Assembly (NCBI GenBank): GCA_016199625.1
Contig: JACQGI010000039.1
Span: 2,379 to 66,378, forward strand
Direction: 5' to 3'
From: Acidobacteriota bacterium
Lineage (GTDB): Bacteria; Acidobacteriota; Vicinamibacteria; Fen-336
DNA: 64,000 nt
The notes under the pieces: model-generated
Told to the model about the DNA's origin: nothing
The model's database searches: none
Seen by the model: only the letters and a program-made list of their open reading frames with translations
Shown: in pieces, positions 26,630-36,757 of the stretch
Numbering within the stretch: position 1 is the stretch's first letter
Layout of the letters: every line of letters begins with the position of its first letter
Program-made: the position numbers and the translations under genes

Positions 26630-27970
26630 ATGTTCGAGACTCTCACCGAAAAGCTCCAAGGGGCCTTCCGCTCCCTCCGGGGCCAAGGCACGCTCACGCC
26701 CGGTCACGTCGAGGGCGCCTTGCGCGAGATCCGGCTCGCCCTCCTCGAGGCGGACGTCCACTTTCGAGTCGTAAAGGACTTCCTCGAGAGGGTCCGTGTC
26801 CGGGCGACCGGCGAAGACGTCCTCAGGAGCTTGACGCCGGACCAGGCGGTCCTTCGGGTCGTCCGGGACGAGATGGTCTCCCTGCTGGGAGGCGAGGGCG
26901 TCGTGCGCCTCGAGACGGGCTCGCGGCCTCCGTCGGTAGTCCTGATCACCGGGCTCCAGGGGTCGGGCAAGACGACCTCGGCCGCGAAGCTGGGCCGCTG
27001 GCTGGTGAACCGGGGACACCACCCCCTCCTGGTCTCGACGGACGTCCATAGACCCGCCGCGCGCGAGCAGCTCCGGAGCCTGGCCGGCAAGGCGGGCCTC
27101 GAGGTCCACCATCCCGAGGGCGACGACCCGGAGGCGATCCTGCGCTCGGCCCTCTCCGAGGCCCGGGCGGTGGGGCACGACGTGCTCCTCGTGGACACGG
27201 CCGGGCGGCTCCACGTCGACGACGAGCTCATGGCGGAGCTGGCCCGGCTCAAGGGTGTCGCAGCGCCGACGGAGATCCTCTACGTGGCCGACGCGATGAC
27301 GGGACAGGACGCCGTGAAGAGCGCCGACGAGTTCCACAAACGCGTGGGACTCACGGGCCTCGTCCTCACCAAGCTGGACGGCGACGCCAGAGGCGGCGCG
27401 GCCCTCTCCGCCGCCGCCGTGACGGGCCGCCCGGTGAAGTTCGCCGGCGTGGGCGAGAAGGTGGACGACCTCGAGCCCTTCCAGGCCGAGCGGATGGTCT
27501 CGCGGATCCTGGGCATGGGCGACGTGCTCTCGCTCATCGAGCGCGTCGAGGAGGCCGTCGACCACGAGAAGGCCGAGGAGATGGTCCGGAGGCTCCGCAG
27601 GAGCGAGTTCACCCTGGAGGACTTCCGGGAGCAGATGCGCCAGCTCCGCAAGATGGGTCCCCTGGACCAGATCCTCGGCATGCTCCCCGGCATGGGCTCC
27701 CTGAAGGGGGTCGACACCGAGGCGGGGGAGCGCGAGATGAAACGCTCGGCGGCCATCATCGACTCCATGACGCCTCTCGAGCGGCGGGAGCCGTCGGTGA
27801 TCAACGGCAGCCGGCGGAAGAGGATCGCCCAGGGCAGCGGGACCACCGTCGAGGACGTCAACCGCCTGCTCAAGCAGTTCGCGCAGACGCGGAAGCTCAT
27901 GAAGAACATGGGTGGGGGCGGCGGCAGGGCCATGAAGCGCCTGGCCGCGCGGCTCCCGCAATTCCGATGA
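26630..27970 (+). CDS. ffh: Signal recognition particle protein Ffh.
   Basis: MFETLTEKLQ start. GLQGSGKTT, DTAGRLH and TKLDGDARGG motifs. Met-rich M-domain. Confidence 0.9.
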   Translation: MFETLTEKLQGAFRSLRGQGTLTPGHVEGALREIRLALLEADVHFRVVKDFLERVRVRATGEDVLRSLTPDQAVLRVVRDEMVSLLGGEGVVRLETGSRPPSVVLITGLQGSGKTTSAAKLGRWLVNRGHHPLLVSTDVHRPAAREQLRSLAGKAGLEVHHPEGDDPEAILRSALSEARAVGHDVLLVDTAGRLHVDDELMAELARLKGVAAPTEILYVADAMTGQDAVKSADEFHKRVGLTGLVLTKLDGDARGGAALSAAAVTGRPVKFAGVGEKVDDLEPFQAERMVSRILGMGDVLSLIERVEEAVDHEKAEEMVRRLRRSEFTLEDFREQMRQLRKMGPLDQILGMLPGMGSLKGVDTEAGEREMKRSAAIIDSMTPLERREPSVINGSRRKRIAQGSGTTVEDVNRLLKQFAQTRKLMKNMGGGGGRAMKRLAARLPQFR

Positions 27971-28028
27971 AGAGTAGCCACGGAGAGACGCAGACGTGGC
28001 GAGTTTTCGAGAGAGACAAGGACGAGAC

Positions 28029-28274
28029 ATGCTTTCGATTCGACTGAGACGGGCCGGGACCACCAAGAAGCCCCACTACCGCGTGGTCGTAGCCGACTCC
28101 CGCGCGTGGCGTGACGGGCGCTTCGTGGAGGTCCTGGGCTCCTACGACCCCCGCAAGGACCCCGTGGTGGTGAAGATCGACGCCGAGCGGGCGCAGTACT
28201 GGATCAAGAAGGGGGCGCGGCCCTCCGACACGGTCCGGAGCCTGCTCAAGAAGCTCGCAGGGACCTCGGTGTGA
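28029..28274 (+). CDS. rpsP: 30S ribosomal protein S16.
   Basis: [41 protein letters not shown]. The conserved ffh-rpsP order supports the call. Confidence 0.85.
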   Translation: MLSIRLRRAGTTKKPHYRVVVADSRAWRDGRFVEVLGSYDPRKDPVVVKIDAERAQYWIKKGARPSDTVRSLLKKLAGTSV

Positions 28275-28501
28275 GGGAACTCCTCGCCACGCTGGCCCGG
28301 GCGCTCGTGGAGCAGCCCGACCGTGTGCGGGTGAGCGAGCACCCCGAGGACGAGGGGACCCGCCTGGAGCTCGAGGTGGCGCCCACGGACCGGGGCAAGG
28401 TGATCGGCAAGGGCGGGCGCACGGCCGACGCGCTCCGCGTCGTCCTCGACGCGGTGGCTCGCCGCCGGGGCCTGCGCTGCCGGATGGAGATCCTGGATTG
28501 A
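28271..28501 (+). CDS. KH-domain RNA-binding protein (YlqC/UPF0109 family).
   Basis: [13 protein letters not shown], the KH GXXG loop. It sits between rpsP and rimM as in many bacteria. Confidence 0.7.
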   Translation: MRELLATLARALVEQPDRVRVSEHPEDEGTRLELEVAPTDRGKVIGKGGRTADALRVVLDAVARRRGLRCRMEILD

Positions 28502-29019
28502 GGGCTTTCGCGGACCTCGTGGCGATCGGTCGCGTGGTCAAGCCGCAGGGGCGGAAGGGTGAGCTGCTCGTCGAGCCCCTCTCCGACCGCCCCGACCGCT
28601 TCCCGAGCCTGCGCCGGGCGTTCGTGCCGGCGCCCGGTGGCGGCGCGCGCGAGGTGGCGGTCACCGCCTGCTGGCCCCACAAGGGCCGCTGGGTCCTGAA
28701 GCTCGAGGGCTCCGATTCCATCGACGCGGCAGAGCCCTATCGTGGCGTGGAGCTGCGGATCGGTGAAGAGGAGCTCGAGACGCTGCCCGCCGGATCCTAC
28801 TATCACCACCAGCTCCGGGGGCTTCGGGTCGAGGACCCCAAGGGGCGCGTGCTCGGGGCGGTGGCGGACGTTCTCGACACGGGGGGTAGCGCCCCGGTGC
28901 TGGTCGTACGCGGAGCGGCGGGGGAGACTCTCATTCCCCTCGCCGAAGCCTTCGTCAGGGCAGTGGATCTCGCCGGCGGCCGTCTCCTCGTGCGAGCCGC
29001 CGAGGCGGTGGAATGCTGA
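28498..29019 (+). CDS. rimM: Ribosome maturation factor RimM.
   Basis: GRVVKPQGRKGELLVEPLSD plus a PRC barrel. TTG start overlaps the KH protein stop. Confidence 0.85.
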   Translation: MRAFADLVAIGRVVKPQGRKGELLVEPLSDRPDRFPSLRRAFVPAPGGGAREVAVTACWPHKGRWVLKLEGSDSIDAAEPYRGVELRIGEEELETLPAGSYYHHQLRGLRVEDPKGRVLGAVADVLDTGGSAPVLVVRGAAGETLIPLAEAFVRAVDLAGGRLLVRAAEAVEC

Positions 29020-29768
29020 GGATCGACGTCGTCACGATCTTCCCGCGAATGGTCGAGGCTCCCCTCGCCGAGGGCATCGTCCGCCGCGCCGCGGAACGCG
29101 GGATCGTCGGGATCCGCGTCCACGACCTGCGCGATTTCACCGACGACCGGCATCGCAGCGTGGACGACTCGCCCTTCGGTGGCGGGCCTGGAATGGTCAT
29201 GAAGGCCGAGCCTTTCCTGCGCGCCGTGCAGGCGGTCCTTCCCGGCGGCGCGGGCCCGCGCGACGCCGTCGTGCTGTTGTCACCCCGGGGTCGGCGGTTC
29301 GACCAGGCGGCGGCGGCGCGCTACGCAGGCGGCGATCGCCTGGTGCTCCTCTGCGGTCGATACGAGGGGATCGACGAGCGGGTGCAGGCGGCGGCCGCTA
29401 CCGAGGAGGTCAGCCTCGGGGACTTCGTCCTGACCGGAGGCGAGGTGGCCGCGCTCGCCGTGGCCGAGGCCACGGTCCGGCTCCTCCCGGGAGCTCTGGG
29501 CGACGAGGAGTCCGCCGGGGCGGACTCCTTCGCCGATGGCCTCCTGGACTTCCCCCATTACACGCGCCCGGCCGCGGTGCGCGGCCTCGCGGTTCCTGAG
29601 GTCCTGCTCTCGGGGGACCATGGGAGAGTCCGCCGCTGGCGGCGGAAGGAGGCCCTCCGCGCCACCCGTCAGCGCCGCCCGGACCTCCTCGCTTCGGCGC
29701 GGCTCACCGCCGAGGACGAGGCCCTGCTGCGCGAGATCGAAGACGAAACCGCACTTGTTCACAGATAG
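29013..29768 (+). CDS. trmD: tRNA (guanine37-N1)-methyltransferase.
   Basis: [13 protein letters not shown] start. [12 protein letters not shown] and [10 protein letters not shown] motifs. Confidence 0.9.
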   Translation: MLRIDVVTIFPRMVEAPLAEGIVRRAAERGIVGIRVHDLRDFTDDRHRSVDDSPFGGGPGMVMKAEPFLRAVQAVLPGGAGPRDAVVLLSPRGRRFDQAAAARYAGGDRLVLLCGRYEGIDERVQAAAATEEVSLGDFVLTGGEVAALAVAEATVRLLPGALGDEESAGADSFADGLLDFPHYTRPAAVRGLAVPEVLLSGDHGRVRRWRRKEALRATRQRRPDLLASARLTAEDEALLREIEDETALVHR

Positions 29769-29778
29769 GAATGGAACC

Positions 29779-30183
29779 ATGAATCCCATCGAGACGATCG
29801 AGGCATCGGATCTGAAGAAGGGCCTGCCGCGGATCACGGCGGGCGACACCGTCCGCGTCCACGTCCGTGTGAAGGAGACCGCCGTCAAGGAGGAGATCAA
29901 GGGCAAGCCCAAGGAGACCGAACGCGAGCGTGTCCAGGTCTTCGAGGGGGTGGTCATCGGGCTCCGCGGCACGGGTGCCCGCAGCACCATGACCGTGCGG
30001 AAGATCTCCTTCGGCACGGGCGTCGAGAGGATCTTCCCGCTCCATGCGCGGACCATCGAGAAGATCGAGGTGGTCAAGCACGCGAAGGTGCGTCGGGCGA
30101 AGCTGTACTACCTCCGCGAGCGGAAGGGCAAGGCGGGTCGCATGAAGGAGAAGCGGGCCGAGGCGCCGCTGCGCGGAGCCTAG
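29779..30183 (+). CDS. rplS: 50S ribosomal protein L19.
   Basis: Typical L19 sequence: [12 protein letters not shown]...[11 protein letters not shown]...[26 protein letters not shown]. Confidence 0.9.
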   Translation: MNPIETIEASDLKKGLPRITAGDTVRVHVRVKETAVKEEIKGKPKETERERVQVFEGVVIGLRGTGARSTMTVRKISFGTGVERIFPLHARTIEKIEVVKHAKVRRAKLYYLRERKGKAGRMKEKRAEAPLRGA

Positions 30184-30258
30184 GGCGGCGCACAGCGCCC
30201 AGGGAAGGGCTCGTCGTCTCTCGTCTTCGGGATCCGCGAGGCGGATTCCTGGAGGTCC

Positions 30259-30930
30259 ATGGCGCCACGCAGTGCGAGGGCCGGTCGGAACCGTCGTCCT
30301 CTGGTGCACCGGGGGCGCGAGCTGCGTTGCACAGCTGCGTTCGAGGAAGAGGCCCGGGCCCGAGGATTCGCCGCCGTCGCGGGGGTGGACGAGGTGGGCC
30401 GCGGGGCCCTCTGCGGGCCCGTGGTGGCCGCGGCGGTGATCCTCGGCGCCGGCTTCCACTCCGAGGGGGTCGACGACTCGAAACGGCTGACCCACCGCCA
30501 GCGCGAGCGCCTCGCCGAGCGCATCCGCCACGACGCCTGCGCCTGGGCCATAGGCGCGGCCGGCCCCGAGGAGATCGACCGCATCAACATCCTGAGGGCG
30601 ACGCAGCTGGCGATGCGGCGGGCCGTCGAGGGTCTCGTCCTCGCCCCGGACCTCCTGCTCGTGGACGCCCTGACGGTTCCGGGGGTCGCCGTCGAGCAGC
30701 AGCCCATCGTCAAGGGCGACGCCCTGTCGATCTCCATCGCCGCGGCCTCCATCGTGGCCAAGGTCGCCCGGGACGAGATGATGGAGGAATGGGATCGGCG
30801 CTACCCCGGCTACGACCTCGCCCGGAACATGGGTTACGGCAGTCGGGACCACCGCGAAGCGCTCCGCCGCCTGGGCCCGTCCGTCATCCACCGTCGTTCT
30901 TTCCAGGGCACCCAGGCGTGGTTATTCTAG
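30259..30930 (+). CDS. rnhB: Ribonuclease HII.
   Basis: GVDEVGRGALCGPVVAAAV and DDSKRLT motifs. The start may lie a little downstream of the GTG at 30259. Confidence 0.8.
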   Translation: MAPRSARAGRNRRPLVHRGRELRCTAAFEEEARARGFAAVAGVDEVGRGALCGPVVAAAVILGAGFHSEGVDDSKRLTHRQRERLAERIRHDACAWAIGAAGPEEIDRINILRATQLAMRRAVEGLVLAPDLLLVDALTVPGVAVEQQPIVKGDALSISIAAASIVAKVARDEMMEEWDRRYPGYDLARNMGYGSRDHREALRRLGPSVIHRRSFQGTQAWLF

Positions 30931-30946
30931 GGGTCGAGGGGTAGCG

Positions 30947-33900
30947 GTGGCCAAGATCAACCCGATCAAAGTCAAGCAGGAGGCCGACAAGGCCGAGAAG
31001 GCCGGGAAGGTCGACCAGGCCATCGGGTTGTACCGCCAGATCGTCGACGACAACCCCCGCGACTGGAACACCATCAACAAGATCGGCGACCTCTACGCGA
31101 AGCTGAACAAGTTCCGCGAGGCTTCCCTCGAGTACGCCAAGGTCGCCGACTTCTACGCGAAGGACGGGTTCCTCCTCAAGGCGATCGCCATCTGGAAGAA
31201 GATCAACAAGCTCGACGCGTCGGCACTCGAACCCTACCTCAACCTGGCCGACCTGTACGCGAAGCAGGGCCTCATGATGGAGGCCAAGAGCCAGTACCAG
31301 ATCGTCGTCGACGAGTACATCAAGCGCGGCAAGATGCGGGACGCCGGGGACGTCCTGAAGAAGATGGCGGAGATCGACCCCGGCGACCTCAAGGTCCGCA
31401 GCAAGCTCGCCGACCTCTACACACGCGACGGCAACGCCGCCAAGGCGGTTGAGGAGCACGTCGCGATCGCCGACGAGCTCACGAAGAAGGGCCACCTGGC
31501 CGAGGCCCTGCAGGTCCTCGAGAAGGGCCTGAAGCTCGACGCGAAGAGCAACCGGATCCGCCTCGAGCTGGCGCGAATCCACCTGGTCCAGAAGAATTGG
31601 GAGAAGGCCTCCTACTACCTCGAGGAAGCGGTCCAGCGCGCGCCCAGCGACACGCAGGCCCTCGGGCGCCTCGGCGAGGCCTACCTCGGCGGGAAGAAGA
31701 TCGAGGAGGCCGAGGCCATCTTCAAGCGCCTGCTCGAGCTGGACCCCAACGACCAGGACAGCCGCGTGCAGATGGCCCGGGTATACACCTTGCAGGGCCA
31801 GCTCGACCGGGCCTTCGAGAAGCTGGTCCCCCTCGTCGACAGGATGATCGAGCGCAAGGACGCCGACAAGGCCGCCGGCGTCCTCCAGCAGCTCGTCCAG
31901 GCGGACCCCTCGCACGTGCCGACGCTCCTCAAGCTCGTGGAGATCTACCGCGTCCTCCAGAACGACGCGGCTGTGGTCAGCTCGTATTCCCAGCTCACCG
32001 AGGCCTACATCAACCAGGGGCAGATGGCCCAGGCCGCGGGGGTCCTCGAGGTCCTCGTGTCCATGGAGCCCCAGAACCAACAGCACAAGACGAAGCTCCA
32101 GTTCGTGAAGGGGAAGCTGTCGGGCGGACCGGCAGCACCGGTCCCGCGCCCCGCTCCGTCGGCCACGGCGCCCGAAATCGAGGAAGAGGAGTTCGACCTC
32201 ACGACCCCCTCCGAGGCGCCGGCCTTCGCGGACTTCGAGGCGCCCGCGACGCCGGCGCTATCGATGCCGCGCGGCCCCGCGCCGGCGTCGGCAGCCGTGG
32301 CGCGGCCGCAGATCGAGGTGACGGGTCCGCTGTCGGAGGAGGACAGGGAGTTCATCGAGGAGCATCTCGCCGAGGGGCGCGTGTTCCGCAAGTACGGTCT
32401 GGTAGACAAGGCAGCGGACCAGTTCGAGTCGATCCTTGCCCGCTTCCCCGATCACGCCGACGCTCGGCAGGAGCTCCGGGACGTCTACAAGGAGAAGGGG
32501 CAGAACGCCAAGGCGGCGGAGCAGTGCCTGGCCCTCGCCGAGATCCTCCGCCTCAAGGGCGACGAGGCTCAAGCGGAGGCCTTCGAGGCCGAGGCGCGCA
32601 GCCTCGCCCCGGAAGCGGCCCCGGCCCGTCCGGCGGCCTCCAAGGTCGCGCCGGCGCCGAAGCCGGCGCCGCCCAGGCCCGCTCCTCCGCCTCCGGCGCC
32701 CGTGGAGGCGGCCGAAGAAGAGATCGCGCTTCCCGAGGCCGACGAGGAGATCCCTCTCGAAGTGGAGGAGGCGGGCCTCGAGAGCGAGTCCCTCGATGCG
32801 GGATCCGAGGGCGCGGCGGAGCTGCCGTCCCTCGACCTTGGGGAGGAGATCGGGGCCGAGGCTCCCGGCGAGCTGCCGGCCCACTTCGTCGAGGAGGAGC
32901 CCGCCGCAGAGGAGTTCGACCTGGGCACCGAGGAGCCGGCCGCGCCGCCCCCTCCGCCGGTGCGCGCCGTGCCGCCGCCGAAGCCGGTGCCTTCCGCGAA
33001 GCCGGCGCCCCCTCGGAAGCCCGCGCCGCCGCCCCCTCCCGTCGAGGAGGTGCCCCTCGATCTCGGGGGCGAGGAGTTCCCCCTCGAGGAGCCAGCCCCG
33101 CCGCCACCCCCCGCGCCTCTCAAGGCCGTGGCCCCTAGGCCGCCGCTCGCCCAGGCGCCCGCGCGGCCGGCTCCCGCCGCCCCCGTCGCTCCGTCGCTCC
33201 CGCACGACCTGCGGAAGGTCCTCGACGAGGTGGACTCGTACGTCTCCCTGGGCTTCGTGGACGACGCCAAGGAGGCTCTGCGGGAGGTGGGAACGCGCTA
33301 CCCCGGCCACCCGGCCATCCTCGAGAAGATCGGAGAGCTCGGCTTCGACCAGGAGGTCGTGGAGGAGGAGGCTCCGGCGGTCGAGGAGCCCTTCGGTCTC
33401 GGCGCAGAGGAAGAGCTGCCCCCGCCGCCCGCCGCGGAAGAACCCTCGCCTCTCGACGAGGCGCTCGGGGACCTGGACCTGCCCGAGCCCGAGGCGCCGC
33501 CGCCGCCCGAGCCGTTCCTCCAGGAGCCGGTCGGCGGGGAGACGGGTGGTGTCGACCTGGGCGCCGAGCTGGGCGAGCTGTTCGGCGCCCAAGCCGCCGT
33601 CGAGGAGCCCGCCGCCGAGGCGGCCTCCACGGAGCTGGGCGACGCGGGCCTCGCGGAGATCTTCAAGGAGTTCAAGAAAGGCGTCGACAAGCAGCTCGGC
33701 AAGGAGGACTACGACACACGCTACAACCTCGGCATCGCCTACAAGGAGATGGGCCTCATCGACGAGGCCATCGCCGAGTTCCAGCTCGCCGCGAAGGACG
33801 AAGGCCGGCTCCTCGAGTGCGCCAGCATGCTCGGCATCTGCTTCGTGGAAAAGGGTATGCCGAAGCTGGCCGTGAAGTGGTTCGAGAAGGGGCTGAAGGC

Positions 33901-34075
33901 GCCGGGGCGCTCCGAGGAGGAGTATCAGGGCCTGCGCTACGACCTCGCCATGGCCCTCGAGGCCGCGGGGGAAGCCGACAAGGCCCTTTCGATCTTCACC
34001 GAGCTCTACGGCCAGGACGCCAACTTCCGCGACGTGGCCACGAAGGTGCGGGAGTTGAAGGCGGCCCTGCGCTGA
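30947..34075 (+). CDS. 1042-aa cytoplasmic TPR protein. An N-terminal TPR array and a C-terminal TPR domain are separated by a long Pro/Ala/Glu-rich disordered region of about 400 aa. The architecture resembles SgmX.
   Basis: There is no signal peptide. The first 380 aa contain more than 8 TPR-like helical pairs. The core holds repeats such as PAPKPAPPRPAPPPPAP and PPPKPVPSAKPAPPRKPAPPPPPV plus acidic stretches. C-terminal TPRs read DYDTRYNLGIAYKEMGLIDEAI.... GTG start, with GAGGG 8 nt upstream. Confidence 0.7.
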   Translation: MAKINPIKVKQEADKAEKAGKVDQAIGLYRQIVDDNPRDWNTINKIGDLYAKLNKFREASLEYAKVADFYAKDGFLLKAIAIWKKINKLDASALEPYLNLADLYAKQGLMMEAKSQYQIVVDEYIKRGKMRDAGDVLKKMAEIDPGDLKVRSKLADLYTRDGNAAKAVEEHVAIADELTKKGHLAEALQVLEKGLKLDAKSNRIRLELARIHLVQKNWEKASYYLEEAVQRAPSDTQALGRLGEAYLGGKKIEEAEAIFKRLLELDPNDQDSRVQMARVYTLQGQLDRAFEKLVPLVDRMIERKDADKAAGVLQQLVQADPSHVPTLLKLVEIYRVLQNDAAVVSSYSQLTEAYINQGQMAQAAGVLEVLVSMEPQNQQHKTKLQFVKGKLSGGPAAPVPRPAPSATAPEIEEEEFDLTTPSEAPAFADFEAPATPALSMPRGPAPASAAVARPQIEVTGPLSEEDREFIEEHLAEGRVFRKYGLVDKAADQFESILARFPDHADARQELRDVYKEKGQNAKAAEQCLALAEILRLKGDEAQAEAFEAEARSLAPEAAPARPAASKVAPAPKPAPPRPAPPPPAPVEAAEEEIALPEADEEIPLEVEEAGLESESLDAGSEGAAELPSLDLGEEIGAEAPGELPAHFVEEEPAAEEFDLGTEEPAAPPPPPVRAVPPPKPVPSAKPAPPRKPAPPPPPVEEVPLDLGGEEFPLEEPAPPPPPAPLKAVAPRPPLAQAPARPAPAAPVAPSLPHDLRKVLDEVDSYVSLGFVDDAKEALREVGTRYPGHPAILEKIGELGFDQEVVEEEAPAVEEPFGLGAEEELPPPPAAEEPSPLDEALGDLDLPEPEAPPPPEPFLQEPVGGETGGVDLGAELGELFGAQAAVEEPAAEAASTELGDAGLAEIFKEFKKGVDKQLGKEDYDTRYNLGIAYKEMGLIDEAIAEFQLAAKDEGRLLECASMLGICFVEKGMPKLAVKWFEKGLKAPGRSEEEYQGLRYDLAMALEAAGEADKALSIFTELYGQDANFRDVATKVRELKAALR

Positions 34076-34090
34076 GGGCCTCACGCGCCC

Positions 34091-34318
34091 GTGGCCGTTT
34101 TCCTGTCCGTGCTCAGCACCCTCCTCGTGGGGCTGATCCTCGTCGTGGCGCCCTGGACCGACTGGTGGGACGCCAACTACCTCCTGCACCCGGCCGTCCG
34201 CTCTCTGGTGCTCAACGCCTTCACCCGCGGCGCCGTGACGGGCCTCGGGCTCGTCAACATCCTCCTGGCCCTCTCCGAGACGCGCGAACACCTGGCGGGG
34301 CGTGGTGACCACGCCTGA
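34091..34318 (+). CDS. Small hydrophobic membrane protein (hypothetical, 75 aa).
   Basis: GTG start. Two predicted TM helices. Third-position GC is very high. Confidence 0.4.
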   Translation: MAVFLSVLSTLLVGLILVVAPWTDWWDANYLLHPAVRSLVLNAFTRGAVTGLGLVNILLALSETREHLAGRGDHA

Positions 34319-34379
34319 GCGGCGGTCACGGAGGCCCCGCAGCGCGAGCCCGCCGGCGGACGATCCGGCGGAACCCTGA

Positions 34380-35852
34380 GTGATGGCCAACACCTGGCTG
34401 CTCGTCCCGGTCACACTGGCCTCACTCCTCGCCCTCGCACGCCTCGCGCGGCTGCGACCCGCGTTCCGTCCGTTGCTGGCCCCGTTCGCCTTGACGTCGG
34501 CCGCGGTCGTGGGCTGGGATCTGATCACGGGGCGCCCCCTTCCCGCCGAGGGCTGGGCGGCTCTCGTCTTCCTGGTCCCCCTCCTGATCCTGCTCGTGCG
34601 GGTGACGGTGCTCGCCTTCCAGTGGCTCTTCGAGCGGCGCAACCGGCAGCGGGCGCCCGCTCTCCTCGAGAGCGTCGTCTCGGTGCTCCTCTACGGCGTC
34701 GGGACCGGGATGATCGCACACCACTGGTTCGGCGTGGAGTTGACCCCGTTCCTCGCGACGTCGGCGGTCGTCGGGGCCGTGGTCGGCCTGGCGCTGCAGG
34801 AGACCCTCGGGAACCTCTTCTCCGGGATCGCCCTCCACACCGAATCGCCGTTCCGCGTCGGAGACTGGGTGCGGATCGGAGACCGGGACGGGCGAGTGGA
34901 GCAGGTCTCGTGGCGGGCCATGCGCCTCCGCACGTGGGATGGCGACACCCTCACGATCCCGAACAACGACGTCTCGCGGCACGCGATCCTCAACTACAGC
35001 CTTCCGGGCTCCCCCCACTCGCGAGTGCTGGTGATGGGGGTCAACTACAACACGCCCCCCAACACGGTGATCTCGGTGCTGCGGAGCCTCCTGGACGAGG
35101 TGAAGGCCGTCGTCCAGGACCCCCCGCCGGTCGTCCGCGTCATCGGATACGCGGACTTCGTGATCCAGTACGAGGTCCGCTACTTCATCCGGTCGTACGA
35201 GGACTACCGGACGGCCGAGGGAGAGGTCTTCCGTCTCATCTGGTACCACTTCCGTCGTCACGGCATCGAGATCCCGTTCCCGATCCGGAACGTCTACCTG
35301 CACCCGGTCGAGAAGGCTGCCGACGCCGCGCCTGCGGGGCTGTCGCGCCTCGAGCGGGCGCTGCGGGCCATCGACCTCTTCCGCCCCCTGTCCGACGACG
35401 AGCTGCGGACCGCAGCGGCCTCGTTCCGCCTGCTCCACTATGCCGCCGGCGAGAAGATCATCGAGGAAGGCGCGCCCGGCGACAGCTTCTTCGTCATCGA
35501 CCGGGGCGACGTCGAGGTGTCGAAAGTCATCGGGGGCACGCGCCGCCCGCTGGCGCGGCTCATGGAGGGGCAGTTCTTCGGGGAGATGGCCCTGCTCACG
35601 GGAGAGCAGCGGAGCGCGACGGTGGTCGCCGTGACCGACGTGGACGTGCACACCATCGACAAGGCGGGCTTCGAGCGGATACTCGTGGCCAACCCCGCAG
35701 TCACCGTGGACATCTCCACGATCCTCGCGGAGCGGCGCGAGGCCCTGTCCCAGGCCACCCACGACATCACGGCGCGCTTCGAGCCCGCTGCGTCGAGCGG
35801 CGAGCTGAAGCAGCGGATATTGGACCGCATCCGGAGCTACTTCGGCCTCTGA
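34380..35852 (+). CDS. MscS-family mechanosensitive channel fused to a C-terminal cyclic-nucleotide-binding domain.
   Basis: The MscS pore/beta domain reads LQETLGNLFSGIALHTESPFRVGDWVRI...GRVEQVSWRAMRLRTWDGDTLTIPN. The C-terminal cNMP domain reads FVIDRGDVEV...FFGEMALLTGEQRSATVVA. Confidence 0.8.
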   Translation: MMANTWLLVPVTLASLLALARLARLRPAFRPLLAPFALTSAAVVGWDLITGRPLPAEGWAALVFLVPLLILLVRVTVLAFQWLFERRNRQRAPALLESVVSVLLYGVGTGMIAHHWFGVELTPFLATSAVVGAVVGLALQETLGNLFSGIALHTESPFRVGDWVRIGDRDGRVEQVSWRAMRLRTWDGDTLTIPNNDVSRHAILNYSLPGSPHSRVLVMGVNYNTPPNTVISVLRSLLDEVKAVVQDPPPVVRVIGYADFVIQYEVRYFIRSYEDYRTAEGEVFRLIWYHFRRHGIEIPFPIRNVYLHPVEKAADAAPAGLSRLERALRAIDLFRPLSDDELRTAAASFRLLHYAAGEKIIEEGAPGDSFFVIDRGDVEVSKVIGGTRRPLARLMEGQFFGEMALLTGEQRSATVVAVTDVDVHTIDKAGFERILVANPAVTVDISTILAERREALSQATHDITARFEPAASSGELKQRILDRIRSYFGL

Positions 35853-35880
35853 GAGGCCGCGACGGGCGGGCGAAGGATCC

Positions 35881-36654
35881 ATGGCAGCCGAGCGTGAGGC
35901 CGGGACCGACGCGCTCTTCGCCGAGCTCCTGCGCGCGGGCGAGAGCGCAACGGGGATCGCGGGGTTCCTGGCGGGTCACGACCTGGACGACGCAGCGATG
36001 GTGGCCCTGCTGCGCAAGCCCGTGCCGGTCCGCTTTCTGGAGCGCGTGGCCTCGGCACCCCCGTGGTCCGATCGCCCGCGCGTCCTCGGCGTCCTGGTCC
36101 TGAACCCGCGAACGCCGCGCACCCTGGCGCTGCGCCTCCTTCCGGGCCTCTACTGGCACGACCTCGCAGAAGTGGCCGCGAGCCCCCGTGTTCCGAGCGC
36201 CATTCGCGTGCGCGCAGAGGCGCTCCTGCAGGACATGCTCCCGGAGCTGCGCCTGGGCGAGCGGATCGCCCTGGGCCGGATGGCCACCCCGGTGGTCCTG
36301 CGCCTCCTGCTCGAGGACGCGGAGCCCATGGTGGTGAGGGCGGCCCTCGACAACCCCAGGCTGCGCGAAGAGGACCTGCTCCTGGTCCTGCGGCGAGACA
36401 CGGTGCCGCCCGGCCTCGCGCTTCTCAGGGAAATCGCCGGGTCGCGGCGCTGGCTGGCGTGCTATGCGGTGCGCCTGGCTCTGGTGCTGCAGCGGCGGAC
36501 GCCGCTGCCCATCGCCCTCGCGCAGCTCACGTCGCTCGTCGGGCGCGATCTGCTCCGCATCGCGCAAACCCCCGACCTCATTCCTCTCCTCCAGGCCGCG
36601 GCGGTCCGCGTGGCCCAGGAGCGGGGAGGCGGAGACCGGGGGCCAGCCGCCTGA
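35881..36654 (+). CDS. Helical-repeat (leucine-rich repeat variant / HEAT-like) protein, hypothetical.
   Basis: NPRTP and NPRLREEDLLLVL repeat motifs. GAAGGA sits 5 nt upstream of the ATG. Confidence 0.45.
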   Translation: MAAEREAGTDALFAELLRAGESATGIAGFLAGHDLDDAAMVALLRKPVPVRFLERVASAPPWSDRPRVLGVLVLNPRTPRTLALRLLPGLYWHDLAEVAASPRVPSAIRVRAEALLQDMLPELRLGERIALGRMATPVVLRLLLEDAEPMVVRAALDNPRLREEDLLLVLRRDTVPPGLALLREIAGSRRWLACYAVRLALVLQRRTPLPIALAQLTSLVGRDLLRIAQTPDLIPLLQAAAVRVAQERGGGDRGPAA

Positions 36655-36665
36655 GCCACAAAGAT

Positions 36666-36695
36666 TTGACACGTTTCGTGGCGGTCCGATAGAAT
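36666..36695 (+). promoter_or_regulatory. Near-consensus sigma-70 promoter, TTGACA-N18-TAGAAT, upstream of rodZ.
   Basis: Read directly, about 60 nt upstream of the rodZ ATG. Confidence 0.5.
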
Positions 36696-36757
36696 CCGCC
36701 TGTTCCTCCGTCCGCGGACTCCTGAAACGGTGAACGCAGGCGAGCCTCGGGGCACCC

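Noticed and set aside
32258-34642. 794-aa - strand ORF opposite the giant TPR gene.
   Set aside because: It is antisense to a gene with clear TPR periodicity. The product is Arg/Gly-rich nonsense.
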